In this document: positions 38,054 to 47,689 of the stretch, one piece after another
How positions within the stretch are numbered: the stretch's first letter is position 1
How the letters are laid out: every line of letters starts with the position of its first letter
Assembly: GCA_903845155.1 (NCBI GenBank)
Contig: CAIMWN010000266.1
Location: forward strand, 3,517 to 67,516
Reading direction: 5' to 3'
Origin: Oligoflexia bacterium
Lineage (GTDB): Bacteria; Bdellovibrionota; UBA1018; CAIMNF01
DNA: 64,000 bases
Made by a program: the position numbers and the translations under genes
Notes under the pieces: model-generated
Seen by the model: the letters and a program-made list of their open reading frames with translations, nothing else
Told to the model about the DNA's origin: nothing
The model's database searches: none

Positions 38054-39005
38054 TCACGCTCAGCATTTTCATCAATTTATGTTTGCGATGAGTGATTTCT
38101 TCTCTGGTGAGTGTTTTCAGGCGGCCAATGCTAAAATCTTGAATAGTGAAACTTGCCATTACCGTTCCTTGAATTACGGCACGTCTCAAAAGTTCATCCC
38201 AAGCGGCTGGATCTTCTTTAATCATTTTACGATTAGCGCCGTGTTCAGCGAGGAAGCCCACTACTGCACCGGCGAAACTGTCGCCCGCGCCAGTCGGATC
38301 AATGACCTCTTCTACTAAACAAGCTGGTGCAAGAAATACACTGTGAGGTGTGAATAATGCGGAACCGTATTCGCCGCGTTTGATGATGACGGTGGAAGGG
38401 CCCATTTTTTGAATTTTTTTCGCTGCTTTTTCAAGACTTTTCTCGTCGGAAAGGAGGAATGCTTCTTTTTCGTTAATGCAAAGGAGATCAACGAGTTTCA
38501 GGGTTTTCTTTAGTTCCTCTGGTTTACCTGTAATCCAAAAATTCATAGAATCCATGGCAACGAGCTCATGTGTTTTCATTTGTTCCATGACGTTTTGTTG
38601 AAGGACGGGGTCAATATTTGCCAAAAATACAATTGGACAATCGACGTGGGTGCTAGGAAGTTTTGGGTCAAAATGTTCAAACACATTCAGCGCAGTGGCA
38701 AGAGTTTTTGCTTCATTCATGTTGGAGTCATATTCGCCAACCCAGTGAAAGGTCTTTCCTTTGACGACTTGCACTCCGGTGATATCAATGTTTCTTTTAC
38801 TTAAAAACTGAAGATGTTCGGTTGGAAAGTCTTCTCCCACCACGGCAACAATTTTAATCTGTGTAAACAGAGAAGCGGCGAGGGAAAAGTAGTTCACTGA
38901 GCCTCCCAAAACTTGATCTGCTTTTCCCGCTGGAGTGCGAACCGAGTCAAATGCCATAGAGCCCACTGATAAAATAGTACGATGTTGTTTTTGAGTCATG
39001 GCCAC
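38046..39005 (-). CDS. PfkB-family carbohydrate/nucleoside kinase
   Basis: VGSMAFD, LGGS, IKRGEYG, DPTGAGDSFAG. Confidence 0.92.
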   Translation of the reverse strand: MAMTQKQHRTILSVGSMAFDSVRTPAGKADQVLGGSVNYFSLAASLFTQIKIVAVVGEDFPTEHLQFLSKRNIDITGVQVVKGKTFHWVGEYDSNMNEAKTLATALNVFEHFDPKLPSTHVDCPIVFLANIDPVLQQNVMEQMKTHELVAMDSMNFWITGKPEELKKTLKLVDLLCINEKEAFLLSDEKSLEKAAKKIQKMGPSTVIIKRGEYGSALFTPHSVFLAPACLVEEVIDPTGAGDSFAGAVVGFLAEHGANRKMIKEDPAAWDELLRRAVIQGTVMASFTIQDFSIGRLKTLTREEITHRKHKLMKMLSVNE

Positions 39006-39010
39006 AGAGT

Positions 39011-39616
39011 CTAATAGCGGATTTCTTTCGGGTCAACGATATTACGCCTTGCATAAGGCTTTGAAGGCCTAATATTTTGAATTTGGGGTGTTTTTGCAAG
39101 AAAATCGCTCATTTTCTCAAAGCCGGAGATACCGGAACCGAGCAAAATCCACTCTACTGGTTTGTTGGACCGAGCGGCCTGAGTCAGGTTGGTGCGGGTC
39201 CAAAGTTCAGCGCCTGGGTGGGAAGGATAAGGGCTTTTAGGAATGTAAATTGCGGTGCCATCTTTGGTAACCCAGATTTTTGATTCCTTTGAGTAAGCAG
39301 AAGGGTGAGTTTTAAGAACCGAGGACCAGTCGCCCAGTGAATGTTGCAGTTGAAAATTGGATTGGGTGAGTTGAGCATTCCAAACTATTTCGGGCAGCCA
39401 GTGATTTTGTCTAAAAGTTTGTAAACCTCGCTCTTCTGAAAGGTTCATACTCATAAAGCCGAGCAAGATTGAAATAAAGACAAAGGCTAAACCTCGAACA
39501 AGTTTTAGTTTCTCAGGATCTGCGACTGTCTTAAAACGTGGTAACGAAATTGTTCGTAGTTTTTTAAGAAAATCTGGCTCATGGCAAAAATGCTGAAAAA
39601 AACGATGCTGCTCCAT
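39011..39616 (-). CDS. Hypothetical membrane-anchored protein at the end of the pilin cluster
   Basis: GGAG before ATG 39616; single TM helix; overlaps the upstream pseudopilin ORF. Confidence 0.55.
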   Translation of the reverse strand: MEQHRFFQHFCHEPDFLKKLRTISLPRFKTVADPEKLKLVRGLAFVFISILLGFMSMNLSEERGLQTFRQNHWLPEIVWNAQLTQSNFQLQHSLGDWSSVLKTHPSAYSKESKIWVTKDGTAIYIPKSPYPSHPGAELWTRTNLTQAARSNKPVEWILLGSGISGFEKMSDFLAKTPQIQNIRPSKPYARRNIVDPKEIRY

Positions 39617-39696
39617 AAAATGCTCTCCAATAGGATTGAGCCCCGGTTATCGGTGACTCGTTTGAGATTACTGTGACCAATATATTTTCCAACCAT
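39505..39696 (-). CDS. TadE-like small pseudopilin
   Basis: Prepilin motif RG-SILLE followed by a hydrophobic helix. Confidence 0.65.
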   Translation of the reverse strand: MVGKYIGHSNLKRVTDNRGSILLESILWSSIVFFSIFAMSQIFLKNYEQFRYHVLRQSQILRN

Positions 39697-40447
39697 GCAG
39701 TGGCCCTGTTCTTTCTAGGTTTGCGACCGAAATTAGGTTTTTATACTCCAATGAAAGATCGAAGCTCTTTTTCTTTAAAGCTAAGAGAAATGAAGTGGTT
39801 TTAGTTTCAACAAGATCAGTTTTATCACCCTTGATGATGGGGAAATCAAAGGAGGGGAAATTGTTTTTTACAGTTGACTCAGGAAGTGTGCAGCGTGCCG
39901 CCAGCATTGGGGTTTTCCAGATGTAAGATTGTTCTAGCCAGTAAATCTTCGCGCTCATTTGAATGCCTCGCTCGACTTTGGCGGCAGCATCAAAAAATTT
40001 CAAAAAGCCCGGGCAGGCTAGAATAGTGGCGCAGCCCTCGGTCGTAATGGCGCGTTCTACTTCTAGACGTTCGTAGGACTCCTCTAGTGTTTTGGCTGCC
40101 GCACGTAAACCCATCACAAACCGCCCGGTGCACTGATCCATATTAATTTGAACTCTTGCTAGGTCTTGAGTTCGGTAAATAATCCCGATAAGACCTACTC
40201 CTACAATAATTGCAACAACTGTGAGGCATCCTCCGAGAGTCGAGAAGCCTCGTTCATCAAGTCGGGAAGCGATAGTGCCCCTTTGTCTTGATCGAGTGAC
40301 TCTAGATCTTCCAAATGTATATTCTCGGTAATGGAGGAGCAATGTTGCTCGTAGTCTACTGTGGAGCGAGTTTGAATAAGCTGCTGTCTTGCGGTAAAAA
40401 AAGCTTCGTAAGCGCATTTTGAACGACTCCATTCTAAGTGAAACCAT
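39668..40447 (-). CDS. TadG/PilX-like minor pilin (start uncertain)
   Basis: RG-FSTLG prepilin-like site lacking Glu+5, TM helix, several Cys; in-frame starts only at 40447/40432/40417/40342. Confidence 0.55.
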   Translation of the reverse strand: MVSLRMESFKMRLRSFFYRKTAAYSNSLHSRLRATLLLHYREYTFGRSRVTRSRQRGTIASRLDERGFSTLGGCLTVVAIIVGVGLIGIIYRTQDLARVQINMDQCTGRFVMGLRAAAKTLEESYERLEVERAITTEGCATILACPGFLKFFDAAAKVERGIQMSAKIYWLEQSYIWKTPMLAARCTLPESTVKNNFPSFDFPIIKGDKTDLVETKTTSFLLALKKKSFDLSLEYKNLISVANLERTGPLHGWKIYWSQ

Positions 40448-40530
40448 AGTGTTGCTCCAAAAACGAGAGGAAGTAGGATGAGGAGTAATGAGAGATTGAA
40501 CTCCAGAAGTACCTGGCCCCGTTGTTCCAT
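40201..40530 (-). CDS. TadE/TadF-like pseudopilin
   Basis: GAGG RBS, MEQRG-QVLLEF plus hydrophobic helix. Confidence 0.75.
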   Translation of the reverse strand: MEQRGQVLLEFNLSLLLILLPLVFGATLWFHLEWSRSKCAYEAFFTARQQLIQTRSTVDYEQHCSSITENIHLEDLESLDQDKGALSLPDLMNEASRLSEDASQLLQLL

Positions 40531-40537
40531 GTTCGCC

Positions 40538-40798
40538 TCAGCTTCCTTCTGAGCCACCTGGCGCTGCCTTAGAGCCGTTGGTGCCGCTACTGCCATGAAC
40601 GCTTTCGATGGTTACTGTTTCGAGACTCCGATGTACTTGCTCTAATTTCTGGTAAATGGTTGTGCCAATGCTCTTTGATGCGGCAATGGATCCTACTGCA
40701 ATCAGTAAAACAAGAACGAGATACTCGCTCATTCCTTGGCCACTTTCGCTTACCTGATACTGTTTAATGAGTTGAAAGATCCCTTTTGGTCTATACAT
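40538..40798 (-). CDS. flp: Flp family type IVb pilin
   Basis: SG-QGMSEYLVLVLLIAV Flp motif (E+5,Y+6); AAGGAG RBS. Confidence 0.88.
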   Translation of the reverse strand: MYRPKGIFQLIKQYQVSESGQGMSEYLVLVLLIAVGSIAASKSIGTTIYQKLEQVHRSLETVTIESVHGSSGTNGSKAAPGGSEGS

Positions 40799-40847
40799 AC
40801 GCTCTCCTTGTTTGATGGTTAAAAAATTGACGCTACATCAGTCTTAT

Positions 40848-40863
40848 TTCAATTTTCGAGCCA
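40848..40863 (-). promoter_or_regulatory. Possible sigma54-type promoter for flp
   Basis: Minus strand TGGCTCGAAAATTGAA; spacing correct but -12 GC reads GA. Confidence 0.4.
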
Positions 40864-40902
40864 ATTGACTTTGCGCCGAACCCACCGCAGAATGAAGGTA
40901 AT

Positions 40903-41529
40903 ATGCAAAAAACTGAAAAGTTTTTTATCTTTAGTTGGAAAGAAATCACTGTCATTGCGCTACTTTTCGTAATCACGATTGGGTTCTTTTTTACACTCGG
41001 TCTCCATTATGGAAAAAATCTGCACTTGATGACACCGCCATCTGAAGTGGCCGGAAAGTTGGAAGAGAGTCCTGAAGCACTACCTTCAAAAGATACTCTC
41101 GAGCAAGCTTCACAACATGCAATGGTGGCGACTCAAGAAGTGATCAAAAAAACTACGGACGAAGAAGTGGGTAAGTCTGGCGTAAAGGTGGATATTGCCA
41201 AACCTGTTGATCTGCCTAAAGAAAAAATCGAAGAGACTCCTGCGGCGGTAGCGGAAGATACAGCGGAAAAGCCAGTTCAGAAGAAAACTGAAAGCCATTT
41301 TGCAATTCAATTAGGGTCTTACCCCAGTAAACCAGAAGCCCAAGCTAAAATTAAAGTGTTGATTAAAAGAGGGTTGCGGCCTGAGATTAGAACCGCTGTG
41401 GTGAATGGTCAGACTCGCTTTCGCGTCGTTCTTGTTGGTTTTAAAGAAAAGCAAGTCGCTGATCAAAAGGGCAAAGAACTTCGCACTAAGAGAAAAATTG
41501 AAAACTTCATTGTCATTAAATCAGAGTAA
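40903..41529 (+). CDS. SPOR-domain protein (FtsN/DedD-like)
   Basis: N-terminal TM, linker, FAIQLGSY...A...FRVVLVGF SPOR motif. Confidence 0.88.
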   Translation: MQKTEKFFIFSWKEITVIALLFVITIGFFFTLGLHYGKNLHLMTPPSEVAGKLEESPEALPSKDTLEQASQHAMVATQEVIKKTTDEEVGKSGVKVDIAKPVDLPKEKIEETPAAVAEDTAEKPVQKKTESHFAIQLGSYPSKPEAQAKIKVLIKRGLRPEIRTAVVNGQTRFRVVLVGFKEKQVADQKGKELRTKRKIENFIVIKSE

Positions 41530-41546
41530 AATTGTCTAACGACCTA

Positions 41547-42542
41547 TTAGGCTTTCCGCTTTTGTTCATTCAATTTGTCTAGTTCTTGGATTAGCCAAAA
41601 AGCGCGATATTCAAAAATAATTTTCTTCAGATCGTATTGAACTTCTATGCAATTGGCATCGGTGAGCAGGATGTCGTTTAAAAAACCTTGCTCTTGAAGT
41701 TCTTGCAAAAAAAGCTGTTGAATGCCTGCAGCTTTGAGTGAAGGGGCGATGTTCACCTTCATGAAGTGGTCGGCAGCTTTTACAGATTTTGAAAGGTTTT
41801 GCATGACCAAAGAGAGAATAATAAATCCGCGGGGGGTTAGTATTCTTTTCTTGGAGGGTTCAGCCAGATTTTGTTCGTTGATAAAAAGGATGATTTGATC
41901 GATAAATTTAATATCGGTCAGAAAAAGACCATCCTTTAATATTTCAATTTTCTTAAACAGTTCAATTAAACTGATCACCTTGGCGTTATTCACCTGAAGA
42001 ATTTGCCCCGCAAATCGTTCTAGCAGTTCTTGGGGAAATTCAATTCCTTCGGTAGTATTGTTTTTTCCATAGCGAGCGGCAACGGCAAGGAGAGCGGTAC
42101 AAAAACGGAGCAACTCGCTATTGGTGATAAAAAAGAACTCGCGCGAACGATTTCCATATTTATCCACTTCATAATCGGTAGTCGCGCTTTCCAGAAGTCT
42201 TATTTTATTGTTTGCGGAACGAATTCTACCGGTGATGGTCTTGATCAGTAAGTGAATCCAATCGGGCATTTTCGAAAGCGCATCGTTAAATACATCGGCT
42301 GAAATCTCAACCACATCGCAATCGGTAAGGGCCTCAGCAGAAGCGGAGCGTGGATTGTGATCAAAAAACGAAAGTTCTCCGATAATCTGTCCGGCACGGA
42401 TAGTATCGATTTCAATATCGCTGTCGCTTTTTTGTTTGTAAATACGAATTGAGCCTTTTTTGACAAGATAAAGATTCTTAGTCAAATCGCCCTCATGGAA
42501 AAGCGGTTCACCTTGTTTCAACTTGATTTCTTTTTGCCCCAT
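41547..42542 (-). CDS. Cyclic nucleotide-binding (Crp/Fnr-like) protein
   Basis: LFHEGD, LYLVKKG.I, IIGELSFFDHNPRSASAEA. Confidence 0.88.
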   Translation of the reverse strand: MGQKEIKLKQGEPLFHEGDLTKNLYLVKKGSIRIYKQKSDSDIEIDTIRAGQIIGELSFFDHNPRSASAEALTDCDVVEISADVFNDALSKMPDWIHLLIKTITGRIRSANNKIRLLESATTDYEVDKYGNRSREFFFITNSELLRFCTALLAVAARYGKNNTTEGIEFPQELLERFAGQILQVNNAKVISLIELFKKIEILKDGLFLTDIKFIDQIILFINEQNLAEPSKKRILTPRGFIILSLVMQNLSKSVKAADHFMKVNIAPSLKAAGIQQLFLQELQEQGFLNDILLTDANCIEVQYDLKKIIFEYRAFWLIQELDKLNEQKRKA

Positions 42543-42543
42543 T

Positions 42544-44877
42544 TTATTTGCTCCTCATTTCAATGGTTCCGTCCCAGCCTTCTGGGGGGGGGTTTTTAAT
42601 GAATACTTCAATTCGTTCAATGAAAATTGCACACACCGGATCTTCAGTACCGAACTGTTGTTGGTAGAGTTCGTTTGATTTCTTAAAAAGGGCGGTGGCG
42701 TCATCCCATTTTCGACGTTTGAGATCGTCTTTGGCGAGATAGAAAAGCTCCAGGGCCTTTTCATTAATTGCTTCCGGTAGTATTTCAATTAAGTCGGCAG
42801 CGTTCGATTTGCCTTTGACTTTTACTACGTCTAAAACTCGGTAGTGAATCTGGCTTTTAAATTCGGCAGGAAGCGCATCTAGTGTATAACGGGTACTGAG
42901 AATGCCTGTGCCGTATAGTCGGGTGAGACTTTCTAAGCGTGATGCAAGATTGACGTGATCACCGATAACGGTGTATTCAAAAATTCTCTTTGATCCCATG
43001 TTTCCGACACTGACGACGCCCGAATTGATTCCAACACCCATACTGACCTCTGCTCCATATTTTTCTTTGAAATAGGGTGCAATCTCAAGAATCCTTTTTT
43101 GCATTTTAATGCCTGCAAGGCAGGCCCTGACTGCGTGATCGCTTTGTTCGAGTGGTGCCCCCCAAAATGCCATGACGGCATCCCCGATATACTTGTCGAG
43201 TGTGCCGCCATATTCAAAAATAATTTCAGTCATTTCTGTGAGGTATTCATTTAAAAACTGAGAAAGCAATTTTGGCTCTAATTTTTCTGAAAGAGTGGTA
43301 AAGCCTCTTAGGTCTGAAAATAAGATTGAAAGTTCTTTTCTCTCACCGCCCACGGTAAGTTTTGAAGGATCTTTTAAAACCATTTCCACAACTGATGGTG
43401 CAAGGTAGTGAGAAAATGCAGATTTGATGTGCTTCTTGTTTCGTTCTTCGATGATATAGCGGAGAGAAAGGATCACCGCAAAGATGACGCTGATCTCAAG
43501 AACAAGAAACCCGGTTGGAAGATTGATATTATTGTGAAACAGGTATGTTATATCAACAAAACCAAGAAGCGCATTGAATCCCGCGAATACGAGTAGACTG
43601 GGGATTGCTTCAAATCTAGAAAATAGAATTGCAAAGAGTAAACCCAATAAAATCAGTAGACTGATAGGGAGCCAATCTTTCTGAATGCTGCTTGCTGATC
43701 TTAACTCATCACCAGATAAAAGGTTGTCCAAGGCTGTCGCGTGTCCTTCCACTCCGGCAGTATTAGAATCGAAGGGGAATGCTCGCATATCGTAGAGCCC
43801 GATAGCAGTGACTCCGAAAAGAGCGATGCTGCCACTGAGCTTGTCTTGTATTTCAGCTTTTAGTTTTTCATCATCTCCGTTTGCTGCAATTAAAATGTCA
43901 TTCGCTGAAACATAAGTAAAGGATTGAGCAGGTCCACGAAAATTCAAATCAATGTAAGCGAGACGGGTGACTGGAATAGGGTTGGTTTCCTCTTTGCTAA
44001 AGTAGACCCGTTCGATACGCGCATCATTGGTGAATTTCACTTTGACCGTGTCATTGTTCACGAGCGCTGCAAGTTCGAGTGCCAGGGCCGGAAATAATTT
44101 ATTCTGATTTACCGCAAAAAGTGGGTAACGCCTAATGTAACCGTCGGAGTCGGGATCTACTCCAAAGTGTCCGGCGTGGTCTGCAGCGTCGCGGAAAAGT
44201 GGGATATTAAATACTCCCGTCAACATGACGCTCATGGATGTTTTGTGAATCGTGTCTAACGAAAGTGGGATGTCCTCACCCAATGCGAATTTCGAAATGC
44301 TTTCCTGTACTTCTTTATTGAGTTCTTCGTTCCCAACTGGACAATCCTCTGGCTTATCAGCATAACGGGGCTGGCAGGTTTTATTGGGTGTATACCCGAG
44401 CACAATCCTGTCTTTGTAATGCTCAAATACTTGAGCAAGCTGCGGATCACTTTCAAACTGCTTTAATTGCTCAGCTAACTTCGGGTTTTTCCCTTTTATT
44501 GCTTCATATGCTTCTTTCGGAATCCGATTTTCTTCTTCAGAGAAAACGGTATCGATTCCCATGTACTTTACGCCAAGCTTAAATGCAGAATGAAAGAGAA
44601 GTGCATAAATGTCGCGATGCCAAGGCCATCGGCCAATATTGGCGACCGAATAGTCATCAGCTGCAATAATTACAATTTTTTGTTTTGGTTTTTCAGGTCC
44701 ACGAATTTTAAATTTAAAATTGGTCATGGCTCCATTTACCGATCTCGTAAATGAGTAAATGTTCTCTCGGAGAAAGGGTGAGTCCAAGCGCCCTTGTTCG
44801 CCTAGGTCAAAAGTGAGCTGAAATACCGTAAAAACGCCAACAATGGGGATAGCGACGAGCCAGAGTGGAAATTTCAT
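42544..44877 (-). CDS. CHASE2-domain class III adenylate cyclase
   Basis: GRWPWHR, D.DGYIRR, GVEGHA CHASE2; three TMs; LFSDLRGFT, LDKYIGDAVMAFW, EYTVIGDHVNLASRLES. Confidence 0.95.
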   Translation of the reverse strand: MKFPLWLVAIPIVGVFTVFQLTFDLGEQGRLDSPFLRENIYSFTRSVNGAMTNFKFKIRGPEKPKQKIVIIAADDYSVANIGRWPWHRDIYALLFHSAFKLGVKYMGIDTVFSEEENRIPKEAYEAIKGKNPKLAEQLKQFESDPQLAQVFEHYKDRIVLGYTPNKTCQPRYADKPEDCPVGNEELNKEVQESISKFALGEDIPLSLDTIHKTSMSVMLTGVFNIPLFRDAADHAGHFGVDPDSDGYIRRYPLFAVNQNKLFPALALELAALVNNDTVKVKFTNDARIERVYFSKEETNPIPVTRLAYIDLNFRGPAQSFTYVSANDILIAANGDDEKLKAEIQDKLSGSIALFGVTAIGLYDMRAFPFDSNTAGVEGHATALDNLLSGDELRSASSIQKDWLPISLLILLGLLFAILFSRFEAIPSLLVFAGFNALLGFVDITYLFHNNINLPTGFLVLEISVIFAVILSLRYIIEERNKKHIKSAFSHYLAPSVVEMVLKDPSKLTVGGERKELSILFSDLRGFTTLSEKLEPKLLSQFLNEYLTEMTEIIFEYGGTLDKYIGDAVMAFWGAPLEQSDHAVRACLAGIKMQKRILEIAPYFKEKYGAEVSMGVGINSGVVSVGNMGSKRIFEYTVIGDHVNLASRLESLTRLYGTGILSTRYTLDALPAEFKSQIHYRVLDVVKVKGKSNAADLIEILPEAINEKALELFYLAKDDLKRRKWDDATALFKKSNELYQQQFGTEDPVCAIFIERIEVFIKNPPPEGWDGTIEMRSK

Positions 44878-45482
44878 GAAAGTGCCGGTTTCTTAATCTT
44901 TTTTTTAATCGTAAAAAATAGAGCGAGTGTAACGACTAACCCTAATAATCCAAACTGAAATTCTTTGAGCGTATCGACCACTTGATCAATATGGGTACTG
45001 GCGAGATAAGCGGCCCCCATGAGTGCGGGTAAGTAGATCAGTGTTGAGCCTGCATTCATGAGAAGAAAGATTTTTGGTTTTACTTGCAGCGAACCCGCAG
45101 TAAAATAAAGCACAGTTCGGATCAGTGGCAGGAATCTCACGAGGAAAATAAACTTGGTTCCTTTTTTATTGAGGTACGTTTCCGCCATCTCGACCTTCTC
45201 TGCTTTGATTACCCAACTGACTGGTCTCACGCGAATGAGTTTTTTCCCCCAGCGCCTGGCAACGAAGAAATTAATGCTGTCGCCACACATGAGCGCTACG
45301 AATCCAAGGACGATCATGATCCAAAGCTGAAAGTATCCCATGCTGGAGAGTACTGCAGAGGTAATAAACATAAAGTCGGAGTTCAAGGGTAAGCCAATAC
45401 AGCAAAAGGTGATGATCATAAAAAAAATGAGATAACCCATCGGGCTTGCGAAATGGGTGAGGAATTCTCGTGCTTGATCCAT
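44874..45482 (-). CDS. DedA family membrane protein
   Basis: GLPLNSD, GDSINF..ARRWG, IFLVRFLPLIRT, AG. Confidence 0.9.
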   Translation of the reverse strand: MDQAREFLTHFASPMGYLIFFMIITFCCIGLPLNSDFMFITSAVLSSMGYFQLWIMIVLGFVALMCGDSINFFVARRWGKKLIRVRPVSWVIKAEKVEMAETYLNKKGTKFIFLVRFLPLIRTVLYFTAGSLQVKPKIFLLMNAGSTLIYLPALMGAAYLASTHIDQVVDTLKEFQFGLLGLVVTLALFFTIKKKIKKPALS

Positions 45483-45581
45483 GATTAAATTTTAGAATGT
45501 TTTAGTGATTTTGCGCAGAAAAAAGCACTAGCGATGGAGCAATTCTGAGTGCCAATTTTTTGAACGTCAAATCTATGGGCT

Positions 45582-46853
45582 TCAGGCCCCTAGGATGGTG
45601 CGCCTCAAAAGATCGAGGGCTGAGATCGCCGCCCGTTCTTTACTTCGTTCACGATTATTCTCATAAATAAAACATCGAGCAAAAGTCTCTTTTGGTGTTG
45701 CGATCGCAATCCACACCGTGCCGATTTTGGCATGTGAATCGCCTCCACTTGGACCCAAATATCCCGTTGTGGATATTCCAAAAGAGGTGTTCCATTTCTT
45801 ACGAATTCCCTCCGCCATCGCCTTTGCGACGGCTTCGGAAACCACGCCATTCTTTAGAATCAACTCCGGTAAGACGTTCAATTCCGTTTCTTTGAGTGTC
45901 GTTTGATATGCAACCAAAGTGCCGCGAAGTACATCTGATGCCCCTGGGACCTGCGTGAGTAGATGGCTGATTAAGCCGCCGGTACAGCTTTCAGCAAGCG
46001 AGAGAGATTTGTGTTGATCGTTCAGAGTTTTGACGATGAGTGATTCTAACGTAAGAGGTTCGAGCCCAAAAAAATCTTCGCCGCAACATTGAATGAGCTC
46101 CTGTAAGAGTGAGTGAAATTGGATCTCATCCTCCGGCGTTTTTGAAAACATTTGTAAGCGGAGTCTTACTTGCATTGCATTTGGCAGAAATGCGAGATTC
46201 ACGTTCGGAAGTGTTTTTATTTTTTGAACAAAGGAGTCACATTTTAGTGCAAGGGCGCTTTCGCCCATGCCAGTAGTGAGAAGTGTTTCTTTCAAAATTT
46301 TCTCGCCACTTCCCGTTGTTAACTTTGAAAGTATCGGAAGCACGAATCGTTCTAGCATGCTCTTCATTTCATGCGGCACGCCGGGGACGACAAAAATCTC
46401 CACCATTTTTTTAGCATCATGAAGATGAGGCACTTTAAAATACTGACCGGCCGCTGTTCCGCAGTCGTTATTAATACGCGTGGCAGTTTGAAGTAAATAC
46501 CCTTGCTTCTTATTGTTTTCACTCATCACCCGATTTCTCGCCTTGAAGAAACGTTCTATCTGTGCGATCCACGCTTCATCGTAAACAAGGGGAATGGCGA
46601 AATGTTGAGAAAGCGCTTCCATTGTAACGTCGTCGTGAGTGGGGCCGAGTCCTCCACCAATAATGATCACGTCGGATCGACTCACTAGATAATCAAGCGC
46701 TTCATGGATGGCTGCAACCGCATCGCCGACACTGAGGTGTTGTGTAACGCTGAGGCCAGTTTCCGTCAATTTTTCGCTGATCCACTGAACGTTAGAGTTT
46801 AATACCTGTCCGATGAGTAATTCGTCCCCGATAGTGAGCAAACTAGCTCGCAT
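45582..46853 (-). CDS. cinA: CinA-family protein (molybdopterin-binding domain plus NMN deamidase)
   Basis: IGDELLIGQVLNSN, GGLGPTHDDVT, PGVPHEM, AESCTGG, GVVSEAVAKAMAEG. Confidence 0.95.
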   Translation of the reverse strand: MRASLLTIGDELLIGQVLNSNVQWISEKLTETGLSVTQHLSVGDAVAAIHEALDYLVSRSDVIIIGGGLGPTHDDVTMEALSQHFAIPLVYDEAWIAQIERFFKARNRVMSENNKKQGYLLQTATRINNDCGTAAGQYFKVPHLHDAKKMVEIFVVPGVPHEMKSMLERFVLPILSKLTTGSGEKILKETLLTTGMGESALALKCDSFVQKIKTLPNVNLAFLPNAMQVRLRLQMFSKTPEDEIQFHSLLQELIQCCGEDFFGLEPLTLESLIVKTLNDQHKSLSLAESCTGGLISHLLTQVPGASDVLRGTLVAYQTTLKETELNVLPELILKNGVVSEAVAKAMAEGIRKKWNTSFGISTTGYLGPSGGDSHAKIGTVWIAIATPKETFARCFIYENNRERSKERAAISALDLLRRTILGA

Positions 46854-46987
46854 GCTTTCTCCTTGTGAATATTTTAGTCAAAATATTGCTACTACTTCAT
46901 TGCGTATGCTTCAGATAAACTGAACTTAGCCTGTGTTTAGGTTAAAAGTTTAATGTAAAATGAATGTTTTGAAAGGATAAAGATACA

Positions 46988-47680
46988 GTGAAATTTTCGA
47001 GATTATTTTTAGTGATGATTGCTGCCGCCCTGTCTATGCATTTCGCACATGCTCAACAAGATCCCTTGTCGAAAGTGATGGTCGCAGCGGATGACGGAAC
47101 GACAAACATTTCGACGGTCAGTTTGGTGATGTGTAGCGCTTCGCTTCCGGTTGGGACGGTTTGTTGGACTGGTAAATCGATTAGCCGAACTGCGCGAAAT
47201 GGAGTGCCAAAGCCGTTAAGCAGTTACGAGCTTAGAACTTACATGAGTTCACTCGGAACGAAAAAAGTTACGCTTCACGCCAACTGCGAGGCAAGTGTAA
47301 AGCCAATGGGGGAAGTGGTTCATCAATTTAACGGTTGCACAGCAAGCGGTGCAAATGAAGTTGAAGCCTATCGACAGCTTGAAGCAAGACTGAATTCAAA
47401 TGCAAGTGCAATGCACGCTAGAAACGGCTCAGTTAAAGATCCTTGTGACCGTTGCACTTTAAATCAGGTTTATTATCAAGACCATGGTCAATGGATTGCA
47501 TTTTCAAAAGAAAAGTTAACAGAAACACAGGAAAAAGTTACAGCTGTAAACGCAAGTGAAATGGATGCCAGCACTAAAGCCGCAAAAGATACTACCGCAC
47601 CGGCGCCAAAAGAGCAGGGAGGGGGTGCTTACGCCCCTAAGGCTAATGATGGTGCTCCCGACTTTCATCCTCATCATTAA
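46988..47680 (+). CDS. Secreted hypothetical protein with six Cys
   Basis: Signal peptide AHA-QQ; 230-aa ORF filling the gap. Confidence 0.7.
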   Translation: MKFSRLFLVMIAAALSMHFAHAQQDPLSKVMVAADDGTTNISTVSLVMCSASLPVGTVCWTGKSISRTARNGVPKPLSSYELRTYMSSLGTKKVTLHANCEASVKPMGEVVHQFNGCTASGANEVEAYRQLEARLNSNASAMHARNGSVKDPCDRCTLNQVYYQDHGQWIAFSKEKLTETQEKVTAVNASEMDASTKAAKDTTAPAPKEQGGGAYAPKANDGAPDFHPHH

Positions 47681-47689
47681 AACGGAAAG

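Noticed and set aside
45539..45554. sigma54-like TGGCACTCAGAATTGC upstream of the DedA operon
   Set aside because: GG-to-GC spacing is one base longer than the strict -24/-12 requirement.
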